From: Acanthaster planci
Lineage: Eukaryota
Assembly: GCF_001949145.1 (NCBI RefSeq)
Contig: NW_019091403.1
Location: 62,001-124,000, forward strand
Length of the DNA: 62,000 nucleotides
Direction: 5' to 3'
Shown: positions 26,160 to 38,980 of the stretch, piece after piece
Position numbering within the stretch: the stretch's first letter is position 1
How the letters are laid out: each line of letters starts with the position of its first letter
Program-made: the position numbers and the translations under genes
Notes under the pieces: model-generated
What the model was told of the DNA's origin: nothing
Seen by the model: the letters and a program-made list of their open reading frames with translations, nothing else
Database searches by the model: none

Positions 26160-29100
26160 TTTGGATGCAGCAAGTTCCCGTCACAACTTTGGAGCTGCAA
26201 AGTTATTTCTAGTGTCGACTTTCCGCATGCCACGACTAATAGATCTCACGTCAATGGCCTGCACACTGCGCGTGGGATGTGCATGCATTTGCGCGTTGGT
26301 ACAAATTTGTGAATACGTTGCTTAGCCAATACGCGCCCAAGACTAGCCCAAGAATTACGTAGTCTTGTGTGCAATTTGCCAAGAGCTGTAGCCCAATTGA
26401 GCGCTAACAATACGGACTTATCAGACTGTACCATTGCCGCAATAGATACGTCGTATTAATATCTTGCAATTTTTTTCTGAAACAGTTCAATCTCTCTGTC
26501 AAAAATGCATTATTTTTAATAAATTTCTGCTGACAATGTTTTTCAAATCGGTAACATTTGTTCAATAAATACTTTTTTAAATTTCTGATTCAAGAGATTT
26601 AACAACATCCCTATTTTTTAATGGTACACGCCAGCCCAAAAGTGAGAGGCACGCCATCGTGAAAGTGCGTGCATTGATACTTTTTAATACAATAACATAT
26701 TACATGTACCCCCCAAAAAAAATCGCAATAAATCCACTAGAACGAAAAAAGTGTCTGAAATTTGATTTTTTTTTCTCTTCGACTGTAGCATGGGAAGGGT
26801 TGTTGAGGAATTTGTTGTTTTTTCTTTCCAAATGTAGCATCAATTTGGTGGGGAACAATTTAATTTTCAATACATTTTAAACTCGAAGTCAGAATTCACA
26901 CTCGGACAGTAATCACAGGAAAAAAGATCAATGATACATGCATGTGTAAGAAACGAAATGTAGTTTGAACTGTTTTCTCCACCCCAAATTATGAGACATC
27001 AGATGATCGATGGATGATGACTGATTTTTATGAATTAGATCTAAACATTTTAGCCGCCCTCTCGGCCGATTAAAGGAAGTGTCTTTTCATGGAGAAACAA
27101 GGGTCTCCAGTTCGTGTGTGGGCTTAATAATCTAATTGCAGTCGCCACAAACTGGTGCCATCTCGCCAATATTCCCATCGACAAACAAGAATAATCACCA
27201 CACCACGAGTCCCCATCACAACAACGCATCTTCTTTTTCTTCGCCTAAGTTACACAAAGCTCATTCAGATTAACACTGATGCCAAGATTAACACTCATGC
27301 CGATGCCTGAGGGGGGTCCGACTTTGCATGTGGAGCATAAGTGACCGCCTTCTTTTCTTGCGGTTGATTGGTGAAAGGGCATTGTATCTTGTCATTCTCA
27401 AAGTAAATAGGGAGTCCTTGCTTTTTATCACTCGATCGAACACTATTCAGGTACACGTTGTAAGAGTTTTATATGGGGGCGCGGTTTCTGGGCCCCCAAC
27501 TGGACGGCAAGTTATCGACCAAGGGACTAGAAAAATGAAAATGCCTTCAGTGTATTTCATTCCTCCATGCTTCAGTTAAGCCGTAAATTTTGATTGCGAT
27601 GCACAGCGGTTAGTTTGATGTCGAACTGCACAATTTTACACGAGAACTACTGAAGACATGTTCCTGTGCCAAGCAGCATAAAAAAGCAAAATGCACAAGC
27701 AGGCAGGGAGAAAAAAACCTCCATAATTTCCTGGGATAATTTCTAAGCAAGACCGCACTGAAATTCAGAGTTGCGCTTCCAGCTGCGTTGCACTACCATC
27801 CTTATCATCATCTGATATCTTGAGTGGCCAACCACTACAAAAATTAAAGCATCGCAAGGGGGCGCTCTTTAGCTTTTGCGAGTTACGTCGAGCTGCATGT
27901 GTATAGCTCTACGGGCACAGTCCACAATTTCAAGCCCCATTGAAAACTGTGTAAAATCAGCACCGTTCAGGGCCCAATAGCATGCACGCCAACATCCCTG
28001 AGATTTCTGAAACACAAATGAAATTCTTGTCTGGTCACTTATCTTTCAATTTCTTTCAAATTTTTTGTGGGTTAACCAATTACATTTTTAATTATTCCCA
28101 CACAACAAAATCACCCCCAAAAAAGTGATTTTTCCGAAGTCTGATTGCAGCCATTTTTCAACTTTCTCGGGCACTCAGAGACTCTTGAATTGAACCCTTC
28201 TTTTCTTTCAGTTTGGAGGAAGTGGTTCTGTTTTTGTTCACAAAGATGCAGCATGGAGAAACCATGTTTCTTTACAATAAGATATTTAACACAATGCAGT
28301 GACAATTGATATTCACAGGATAAGACTACTTCTCTGTTCATGCCCGAGAAAGTCTGGAAAATTCAGGATATTTTGGATACCTTTGGGGGATATTTCACTT
28401 GAACACAATACCAATTAACACAAAAAGAGAAATATCAGTCATACCACTGACCCACAGATCATATCAACAATTACTGGTAGACTGATGACTTGCAGTGTCA
28501 ACAAAACTAGGTAAACAAGTATATTTCTTGCAGGGGACAATTACAAATGTAATTCTTTTTTGGAGGGAAAATTCTTTCCCTTACTGACATAACCTGAATA
28601 ACTGAGAATACTTTTGAAGATTACAAAACTCAGGAAATCTTTCCATTAATGAAACTTTACAATATGACTGACAGCTGAAACATTCCAGACATCTTGTTTC
28701 CTTGCAGTATCTTGATCAACTTCCATCAACTTTTAAGAGTGCATTTCCATTTGCTTGAAATTTGCACTGCCTAAAGCCAATTGTACAATTTATACCAAAC
28801 CAATGCAGCAATGAAATCAAATGATTTGTGCCTCTTGTTTTGTGGACAGACAAAAACCAAGTCAGGTTAACTGACAACTAAATCGTCTGCTCCTTCCTGA
28901 TCCGTAACTCCTCTCCCAGTCAAGATTTGACATACAAATGAGGTAAAGCTTTTCGCACAATCATTTCAGTGTATACGGTTTCTTCAAGAAAGTTAAAACG
29001 GAGGAATATTTTCTCTTCCTTCATGTTCAGATCTACAAAAATTGCTGGGTTCCAAAAATGAAAATACCCCAAATTTCAAGTAACAAACAATATTGCCTTT

Positions 29101-29591
29101 TACTGAATGAACAAAAAAAACAAAACAAAAAACGAGGCAGATCCTTTAAAGGACTTTGCACTTGACAACCACGACTTCCTTTTCACGGTTGCTACAGCCG
29201 ATGATACAACAGGCCCCCTGAACGTTAAAACAATACAGGTTTGACGATCGAACTACAAATGTGTAACGTGTAATTCACTCATTCTGGAAATTAAAGAATG
29301 AATCTAGCCTCCAAAGAGAATCTGGTCTTAAGTACTGGAATCCCAAGCAAAGCAGTATTTTGTTCATGTTGCTTCAAACATTCCTTTTGCATAACTGGCC
29401 ATAAATGAATTTCATACTTAAATTGTTCTTTGTTACTATAAATAGTGCTAGTTATACAATCTACACACAGGGAAATGCCAGATGGGCATTTTATACATAT
29501 TTTGCACAACCTAAAAGGCAGACTCCTGCTGTTTAAAACTAGCCAATCAAGGAAGGTGTTGCATAGGGGGCACTCCAAGCAGCCAATCACA

Positions 29592-32500
29592 TCAGGCAGG
29601 CGATTCAGAATTTGTTCCATTCAGTGTCTCATTGGCCGCCCGGTGCCAGCTTTCCCTTTCCTCCTCTGTCAGCTCAGCACCGCAGGAGGACACTGTCAAA
29701 TCGGGGTTGGCCTCACCCTCCGAGTTGGCGCTGCGCTCATTTCGGAAGAGCTGGTACCGTCCCAGGAACTTGAAGCGCCTGAAGAAGTTGTGCTGGGCGT
29801 CCCGCGGCAGTAGGATGCTGTACACGATGATGCCAAGCACAATGACGACGAACGATCCCACATAGAGGCCACTGAACTGTACAAACAAAAACATTTCACT
29901 ATCTCAGAGGGCGTTTATCGCTCCCCTGACCCAATCTTTGAACTTATTTTTGTTACAAAGCTTTCCGTATCCTTAAAATGTCTGTGGAGGAGACCAGTGG
30001 CACAGTCTTTGTCCCTAACTTTTATGGGACATCAATCCAAATGTTAAGTAACAGGGGCTGGTTTCTACCTTCTCCAATCCTACAGAATCTTCCAAAACCT
30101 CCTGGTGAATTTTGAAAGATCTGCGTGTGCTCAACTCAATGGATGTTGGGAACAAAACACTGATGGTGCATGTGTCTCCACCGTCTCAGTTTGATAACTT
30201 CTTTCTATCTGCCCTGAGTTAAAGTGCGCCCTCACCGACCAAAGAAAGACAGGCCGGTATGAACTTTTCCAACCAGGCTGTTCCATGTGTTCGGAGTGCA
30301 TGCCAAGACCATACATTTCAGAAAACATTCATTGTGCGAACTCAGCGTGCTCTGCCTCAAACGCGCATAAACTTAGCCACCTAGGCAGTGAGTTCGTACC
30401 AAAGGACTGTCAATTCCATTGAATAACACACCCTCTTTGTTCCTGCTTGGAAGCGGACACAGCATGCTTGAACAAACGTCTCACAGATGACAGTTACAAT
30501 TCACAGATTTCTAACACATTTCAAAATAGAACTATGAATACATTAGAAATTTTTTTAATTCTTCCAAGAGGTTTTCGATTTGAAGACTCCACTCTCTTTA
30601 ATTTCCACATTTCCATAGAAGTTTTCAAAGCGAGAAACCATTCAGACTCAACAACGAAAATGAGCTGGAGATATAAAAAATAATTCGGTTTCCCGAGATG
30701 GACATTCAACGCTGTATTGTTCTTGCTTTGCCCTTCAAAACATGCATTTACAAAAACCACAACATAAAATTTACACCTCCCTGACATTACATCTAACACC
30801 TGTAACAAGATTTGAAATGAAGGGGCCACTGAGACTAATGAAATTGACATGTCACTCACTGCATAGTGGAAAACAAAGAGGCTGACGATGAGCGAGTAGA
30901 AGTCGGCCGTCAAGATGGAGAGGTTGACCACCAGGGCGCTGCTCCACTTGATGACGACGGGGAAGAAGGAGTAGAGACAGAAGAGGCAGATCGCAAAGGC
31001 CAAGAAGAGAAGGACCACCTGGTAGTTCCAGGTGATGGAGGTCAGCTCCTGCCTCTCAAGGATCACCCTGGAGAGAAATGACACCAACAAAACAAAGCAA
31101 AAAGGGAAAAGAATCACAAGACTGAAGGGCATATCCTGATTTCTTGGCTGGGACGGGAAATTACAACAAGGCAGTGGGAAACAGACTGCAACCTAGTGAG
31201 CAGCTTCCAACACACTGCAGTTTAACCCTATCCATCAAAATCCATTTCCACGTTTTGGTGGATTTTGATGGACTCAATCCACAAGGCATGAAGCACTACC
31301 ATAGTAATTAATTTTGGATTTCTGCCCTGCCCGATGTGTATTTTAACACTGTATACTCAGTGTATGCCCCTGAAGGCTTGTGAAAAAAAAACTCGGGTGG
31401 GACTCGAACCCATGACCTCCTGCTTTAATACTAGCGTAGACGTTTTAACCACTCAACCACCACGCTTGCCGGTGTCGGCTGGCTGGTTCGAATCAGGTGT
31501 AGCAGCGAGTACCGCAAACAACTATTTCAAGGATGGATTTGTGCTGGGGAGATGTAAATTAATTTTGGATTTTTGCCCTGCCGGACTACCATGTTGCCGT
31601 GGCAACAGTACTGATGACATCATGTAACCTGTGTATGATAGGTCTGTTACAACGACCATCACGTCAGTGGTGGACTTTAAGCAAGGAATGTGGACTGCAG
31701 GGCAAGTGTCGGATTTGGATGAATTTGGTCCAGTGTCTAGTAAGAGACACTGGGGAGTTCAGGTTGATGATTAATGGTGCTCTCTCACCAATCTGCCAAT
31801 AGCCAGTTAACGTCGGATTTTCTTACCCAAAAAAGCTGTTTTTTTACCCACAAATTCTTCAACCTTGCAATTGTGCTTCGACCCAAGCAGTCACGATGCG
31901 TTAATACGTCAACCAAAAAAATGAAGACCAGAATTCTTAAACGAGTGTACACATCCTCTGTGGAACAGTAAGGAAAGTATGCATGTTTACACGTCATCCA
32001 GCATCGAGCGGTACACATCAGGTTTATCTCACGGTTGAACAGTTTTGTTAGATTCCTCAGGATGAAACTTCAAGTGGCCCACTGTTTTCTTTTGCATTCT
32101 TCCCTGGCGGTTCCTTTGGCTGAGCATTACCTACTCAAACCGGGGAGTTTAATTTTGGAAGATCTGTGATGGTTAGAGTTGGGATAAGCAAGGTAGCAAG
32201 CTGCTTCAAATCTTGACGCTCTTGACGAGTTTTATTTCATGAACTCTACACCAATCCTTAGCCTGTGTCCAACTGTTCCCCACAGGTAACTCCCATGTGA
32301 CTTTTCTATCTGCTTCAATTCATTTTTGCTTGCACACTAATTAATCAAGTTATGGAATATAACAGAATCGTGAAATTTGACAGAAGTCTATTAACCCTAA
32401 CCCCCCAAGAGTTGCTGGCCCTAACCTTCCCCATTCACACAAAGTTAAACACCCATATGGGACTTTTGTGCACAGACGCTGTTGGACTTTGTTTTTCTGA

Positions 32501-35500
32501 GGTATGCCAAACCCAATGCAAAAGCCAGCTATTATGGGCCTACCAGACCTATCCCCACAGAATAAAACACTTTACTACTGTTTAATTCTGTGGTTGGGGA
32601 GGGTTGGGGTTAAAGGCACTGTACATACACAGCAAACTGATGAGCAAAACAGCAGCCTGAAGAAATGATGTGGATGAGCTAAGCTTTACAGAAGGTTCGT
32701 GGAAGTGAGTCCAGGAGCAAGACTTCTCCCCAGTTTAATGGCTCATCAAAGAGTTGATGGAAGAAGCTCAGAGGGAGTTGATGCGAGTAGCACAGAGGTG
32801 TCCAAAAAACAGAATGCAAACTTACAGCTGTATGCCGCTGATGAAAGTTCCAAACAGACCGACCATTCCCAGGAACTCCACCCTGGTAAAGTGCCTGACG
32901 ACGTACTCCTCTGCAACATTGGAGATCCCATACAGACTGGCCCCGATGAGACACAAGGCATCACCCAGGGCTTTCTGTGGCTTATCTGCAAGCGAGACAG
33001 AGAGTGGACAGAGGAACTAAATGAATAATATCAATTTGGGAATTTCCAGTCATTATGACTATGATTTGAAGCTGAAGATGACATTCAGTGGCAGGTTAAG
33101 AAAGTCAGCAATGGAGCATTACATTTGAGCAACACTGCTTTGTGCAAACCAACTTTCAACTGAATGGGCACAAACTCTATGTACGCAGGTAGAGAAACAC
33201 AGAGGAGCCTGGGTACAAGACGTACGAGCAGCAAAGGGTTCATAAACAACATTGGTGATACACTGGGGAAACAGAGTACTACAGCAACGTAACCAAGAGT
33301 CAAGGAGCGTCAGTCTCCAACTTACCATCCGTGTCAGTCTTGCCTAACAGGCTGTCGGCCCATACCATTAGGGGCACGCCGATGATGCAGATGACTACAC
33401 CGACGACGTGGTTGATGCGGTACGAGACCCTCAGGATGACAAACGAGAGCAGAAGCACGACCGGGATGGTGATGCAGTCCAACAGCTAAAAAAGAAAGGC
33501 AACACAGGTATCACTCCACTTCTGTTCTGTACATACGTACTCCCTCATACGAGGAAACCACCAGAGAATTGGAGGACACTCCAAAGCTATTCTCCCACAC
33601 AGCTGACGCAGATCTGAATATACTAGAGTTCAGTGTAACACGCAGTATGTGCTCCACATCAGACACGCTTGAACAAACACAGTAATGCTGTAAATTGCTC
33701 TATGGGAAATGGATACATGGTCTAACAACCTAACAGCCTCCCTTGTCTAGCTCAAGCAAGGAACCCACCCTCATTCATACTCATGTATGATGATTTAAGA
33801 TGTACTTTGCGTCGGGGAGATTTTAGTTTAAAATACAGGTTTTGCCCTTACACTGATGTATATCTCAGACAAGTACCGAGTATACAGTGTTCGTGAATAT
33901 ACGTCGGTTCAAGGGCAAAACCTGTAATTGAAATACGTATGATATCACGGACTGACTGGCGTGGTCAAGTGCAGCCTTGTTGTGCCTTCAATGCTCCCAT
34001 GGGACGCCGGTGTCGCCGTGGAACACTGTTGTAGTTGGGTCAATCGTAAGTCCCTGCAAGTTCGCCACAAAGTCCACCACAAGACATCCAGTCGCGAGCC
34101 AAGTCACAAGCTATTCCACGGAACTGAGCCAAAAGCACCCCTTTTGTCATTGGTCACCCAGCTAAGTATGATGAGTCTTGTGAAAGGACTTGTGGCTGGA
34201 CACAAAAGGGGACTTCTAAGGGAATGCAACACGGCTGTGGAAAGTCATTAACTGAAAGATTTGCTTATGGACCAGGCTTCCACAGCTTGTCTTTACAAAC
34301 AGCCCGAGACAGGCCACTCACCTGGACACTCGTCAGTGTGGTATACTGATAGGCCTTGACCACCAGATAGTTTGCCTCCACGTCCACCAGTGCCACCAGC
34401 AGGTACTTCCACCAGCGAGACAGGAACACATGGTAGAAGTTGTCCGGGCGGTCCCTGCGGCAGCAGAGGATGACGCAATAGACCAGGCCAAGGCACAGGT
34501 AGTTGAGGAATGACTGAGCCGTCGGGGCGCTGACCTTGAAGCGGTCATGCAGGAGCTGACTGGTGATGGCCGTGCCACAGATCAAGAGGGACAGGGCCTG
34601 CCCACCCAGGAGAATCTTCAGGAAGTTTCTGAGAGGGTGGCACAGAGAAGGGGTGGAGGTGAGGAAATTCACAAGGGTGACCATCAAATTCAGTCTTGGT
34701 TTTTTGCATGAAAAATCAGCCTTAACTTCCTCAAGATTTTTTTACAACCTCATGAACCTTGAAGATTCCCAAGCTGATGGGCAGAAACACATTTTGCTTT
34801 CACACACTTTTAACATAAAAACATCCAAGAGGGTTTCACCACTATATTCAGTGTCAGATAGAACATGCGACCAGGTAATGTAAGGTTCTGCCATACTGCT
34901 TAGTAACGAACGACATGAAGAACTTATGTACTTCAGGCATCAGAGCTAGGCTAGTATCTACAGGTAGCTTTGTCATTTCTGAGGTTTGTCTTTGCAGCTG
35001 TGACCAAACAGGAAAGATGACGGGCATCTCAGATTGAAATATCTTCCTGTCCTTCCAAGGCAATGATTAAAACTGCTGGTCCATTCCAAGCAGACTCTTT
35101 GAACATGTCACCCCTTTGGTGCCATCTGAGCCCAGGCTTCCATTCAATTTAGTGCCTTGGACAGAAACCTAAAGTCTCTTTTTTGGGGGCCAGTGTTTAG
35201 GATATGTGAAATACGTGTAAATTGGGGTCTGTAAATTCTGTACAAGCAAATACTGCCTGTCCTGAATCATTATTTACCTGTCCTCAAGACGGCGGCTAAA
35301 TGAGACACCTAGGCATCTTTGTCCCCTTGATCCTTTCCGCTGTCAGTGGTTAATCAGTTCTTTGCTGGGGAGTGTTTTACACCACCTCCCACCCCGGGGA
35401 AAACTCCCACCCCAGGGAACCCCCCCCCTTGTTAAATGTACTTTGTCTCCCCCCCCCCAAAAAAATGATTGACCAACGCGTTGCAAACTCTTGGAGGTGC

Positions 35501-37538
35501 ACTCTTGTAAATTGCCCATATTGTAAATGTTTTCCAATAGTTGCGCCAAAAGCCTACACGGTGACTTTTTGGTGGGGGGAGGGAGGGATATGAACAACAT
35601 GAGGACTGAGTGAACAGAGATAGGATTAGGGTGGTCAGATTTCATGTGACGGCAACTTTGGACAAGATGCACATTTTTTAAACTTATTACGTGTATTGTT
35701 TTTGCTCAATGGCTCCAGATTAAGGCTCAAGTTTAAAAGCATTCGCCATTTGGTTACTATAGCAACTGTTGGCTAGTATCCAGCGATTACAGAAACACTG
35801 CTCAAACAATCAATTACGCAATCCATTCATATTTGAATACAATGGCCATCAAAGCAATAAGTTTGATTTTCCTCTTCAACTTTTTATAGCTTATCACTCA
35901 CATTACAGGGCACAGGCAATGAACTGTAACAATGGCAACAGTAAACACTGGTACAGAGAGCTTAATTGTTGCAAAGTTCAGTCGCTACGTGCAGAGATGA
36001 TATGTAATGTACATGTATACATAACATTAGGCTGAATTTACTCAGTAATGTTATGTAATATCAACTTGTTGGCTGCATGTAACTGACTAAACTCTTAATC
36101 TTTACATCAAATGTGCCTCAAATTTCACTATTTATACGCTATGAATATCTCCCACACTGTACTGAAAAGGTTTCGGTTATTTTCATCATGTTGCAGAAAA
36201 AAAGGAGGAAAACATGCAAATCCCTGTACTAAGTGAATGGAAACTGCCCCTTTGCCAAGACTTGAGTGCAATAAATAATGGAACAACCTCCAACCGTGAG
36301 AATGCGCTTGAAAGTCAACTTCAGCATACGAAGTGAACTTTAGCAAGGAAAATACTGAAGCATTTACTTTGAAAAAAAAACATTTTTAAAAATCCCTTAT
36401 AGTGCAAAGGGTATCAAGTGATGTCCAGCATGCGTCCGGGCACCAGCAGGTGGGCCTAAGTATGGAATTTGCTCCTCACTATAAGTTTTTACTGTGGCAG
36501 AGATCCCAAAGCACTGCACCACTGCGGGACTGTTACGCCCCAACTATTGCTGCAGTTAGGCTGGCCCAACTATTGTTAACCAATTTCTATAGAAATTTTC
36601 TCAACCTTATCCAAGTTTATGCATCTGACACAATTCGTCTAAAATATGGCAGTTCATCTGTATGACATGACATGGTACAATATGACTTTGGCACACGCTG
36701 GGCACATGCACACTGGACCTCTGCACCATAGTTGGGCCAGCCCAACTATAACTATTGCTTGTCGGTCCTGCCATTCGTGAATAAATAATGAGAAGTCCTG
36801 TGATTGGTCAGTGCGACCCCCAGCACGACGCAGCCAACTGCCACTTCAACAAGCGCGGCTAAGAATTACACACTCATGTACGGAAAGAGGCTGCAGCCAA
36901 TTTCCGTGTCTTGTTGTGTATCGATTGCAGCTGTAGTCAACCATTTGGTTGCTGCTCATCTTCGCAAGTACACATGTGAACCGCATGACTCTCGGACGCA
37001 GATCAGGAAATATTTGCACGCTATTTTGTAAAAACGGCATGGTTTTGGCCAATTTTTTCTTGGTAATCAGAACAAAGGGATGTAGGCCTAAGGCTAAACA
37101 TAGAAATCTTGGGGGAATTGGAGCAGCATTTCCATGGGTACACAACAAGAAAAGCTTAAATGAATCCCTGCTCATGCCCTGTAGTTTTAAATGTTATGTA
37201 GAGTCTATGGCGAAACAGGCTCATTTTCTGTGGGATCGGAGGGAGCGGAGCGGAGCCGACGTCGGACCCCACCGTTCTAGCACGGGGAAAATGGTAAACA
37301 ACATCGAACATGTTCATGATGTTGAACATGGTCAACTCAAATTGACATTCCCACCGCACGCCGTACCAATCTGTCAGAACAAGAACGTTATGCATGATTA
37401 GCATAAGATAACAAATGAAAGAACTTACAATGTAAAAATACTTCTCATAAAAACCTTCAGCTGAGCGAGAATACGAGAGCAAATGTTTTCTGACATATCT
37501 GGAGCTGGAGCCGTCTCCTCCCCACGTGTACCCTCCAT
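29592..37538 (-). CDS. SLC35F2: SLC35F1/F2-family multi-pass membrane transporter, complete, about 409 aa; exons 37429-37538, 34322-34628, 33326-33485, 32826-32985, 30860-31067, 29592-29876
   Basis: Spliced frame is 1230 nt with all GT-AG introns and phases 2,0,1,2,0. It reads MEGTRGEE...[32 protein letters not shown]...[31 protein letters not shown]...[11 protein letters not shown]...[13 protein letters not shown]...|FSGLY. These motifs are characteristic of SLC35F1/F2. Exon 1 is not in the ORF track and was found by reading the minus strand. Probably co-orthologous to vertebrate F1 and F2. Confidence 0.93.
31383..31470 (-). mobile_element. tRNA-derived Pol III-type element (SINE head or tRNA pseudogene) in SLC35F2 intron 4
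   Basis: Minus strand has A box TGGTTGAGTGG (31449-31459), B box GGTTCGAGTCC (31400-31410) in a T-arm-like stem TGGG/CCCA, then T9 (31383-31391). No clean acceptor stem. Bracketed by a 26-bp near-identical direct repeat (31306-31331 and 31557-31582). Confidence 0.65.
33797..33929. mobile_element. MITE-like fold-back repeat, copy 2, internally deleted (SLC35F2 intron 2)
   Basis: Shares AAGATGTACTTTGCGTC.GGGAGAT, TACAGGTTTTGCCCT...AGGGCAAAACCTGTAATT and CTCAGACAAG.ACCGAGTAT with the 2624-2839 copy. Confidence 0.7.
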
Positions 37539-37852
37539 GATTGTGCTGAGCGCAGTTGTGAAACAACGTACGATATTTGACCATAATACATACACCATCG
37601 TCCATTGGTCAAATTCTCTTCGCAGACTTATTTCAAACCAATCATTGGTAGCGATGCATAAAATATGTGATAAATATTCAAAAGGCAGTCACCTTTACGA
37701 TGACCTAGCGGAAGTAAATTGTAGCCATTTTTAAATCAGCGATCATGAGATTATTATTAATCGGTTGATGGTTGAATCGGGCAGGAAAAAATCCCCAACG
37801 ACCTGTCGTATTTTTTTCTGAAATTAACAAAAATCCTCATGATGAACAGTTA
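37539..37852. promoter_or_regulatory. Putative bidirectional promoter plus 5' UTRs shared by SLC35F2 and RAB39
   Basis: Only 314 bp separate the divergent ATGs. The interval has ATTGG (37604-37608), CCAAT (37638-37642) and ATTGG (37644-37648) NF-Y-type boxes in both orientations, an ETS/GABP-type GCGGAAGT (37708-37715) and a YY1-like GCCATTTT (37724-37731). Confidence 0.7.
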
Positions 37853-38980
37853 ATGATGTCTTCTGCTTCGGAAGAATTAGTAGGCTTGCCGCCCGAGGTC
37901 ATATGGGAGTACCAATTTCGTCTGATCCTTGTGGGCGATTCGACGGTGGGCAAGTCGTCTCTGCTGCGGCGGTTCTGTGACGGTAAATTCGTGGAGGTAT
38001 CGGATCCCACGGTAGGGGTGGATTTCTTCGCCAGGTTGATCGAGGTGGCGCCAGGGAGGCGGGTGAAGTTGCAACTGTGGGATACGGCCGGGCAGGAACG
38101 ATTCAGGTACCCCGTGAAGGACGGTTCCTACCTCCATGATTTCACTGATCTCTGATCATGGAAATAGGCCTAAGTTTTAACTTTTTAAGCATGTTCGAAT
38201 GCCTGTTGAAAAGGTGAATTCGACTTTACTTTTTCAAGTTCAGAAAAAAATACATGTAGGCTGTGTCTCTATTTAGCATGTTTAGCATGCTTAGTCATCA
38301 GGTTATAGAGTTACCTAAATCAATTTGATGACTAGGGAAACAGTAAATGTGGTTTGAGATGCCATGGCCAAATCATAAATTTTTTTACAATAAACATGAA
38401 TGAAGAGCAAAATGACATTTATCCTGATATCCCTTGTAAGTGAAATCATGTTTGCAATACCTATTTTTTCTAAATCAATGTTTTTGACTAATGTAAAATG
38501 TATAATCATCTGAAAATTTGTTTCTTTCTTTAAAATGCCATTTCTAGATCAATAACAACTTCGTATTATCGGAACTCTGTCGGTGTGCTGTTAGTGTATG
38601 ACATTTCCAATCGGCGCAGCTTTGAGAATCTCCAGGAGTGGCTGCTAGAGGCCAAGGAGAATGTGAGCAACCCGTGCAGCACCACGTATATGGTGATCGG
38701 CCACAAGTCTGATCTGGACGATCGGCGGGAAGTGTACAAGGAGGAAGGGGAGAAGTTCGCCCAGGCCTACAACATGAAGTTCATCGAGACCTCGGCCAAG
38801 GCCTGCGTCAACGTGGAGGCTGCCTTCTCGGTCATGGCCAAGGAGATTTACGTCAAACTGAAGAACGGTGAATTGGAGATCAAGGAGGGGTGGGATGGGA
38901 TCAAGGGGGGGTTCACAGCACCACGGGAGACGCTACGATTGGAGGAGCCGCGGCAGGATAAGAAGATGTGCTGTGCATGA
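37853..38980 (+). CDS. RAB39: Ras-related small GTPase Rab39, complete, about 228 aa; exons 37853-38106 and 38548-38980
   Basis: Contains IWEYQFRLILVGDSTVGKSSLL (P-loop in Rab39-type context), SDPTVGVDFF, WDTAGQERFR|SITTSYYRNS, GHKSD, ETSAK, and EGWDGIKGG (Rab39-like C-terminal region), ending in the di-cysteine CCA. Phase-2 intron AG|GTACCC...TTTCTAG|A. Start could be ATG 37853 or 37856. Confidence 0.95.

Noticed and set aside
35278..35339. Possible extra SLC35F2 exon (CAG|...CAG|GTAAAT on the minus strand)
   Set aside because: 62 nt would shift the frame and hit TAG, there is no polypyrimidine tract, and no in-frame ATG exists for use as a first exon. The real exon 1 (37429-37538) joins exon 2 directly.
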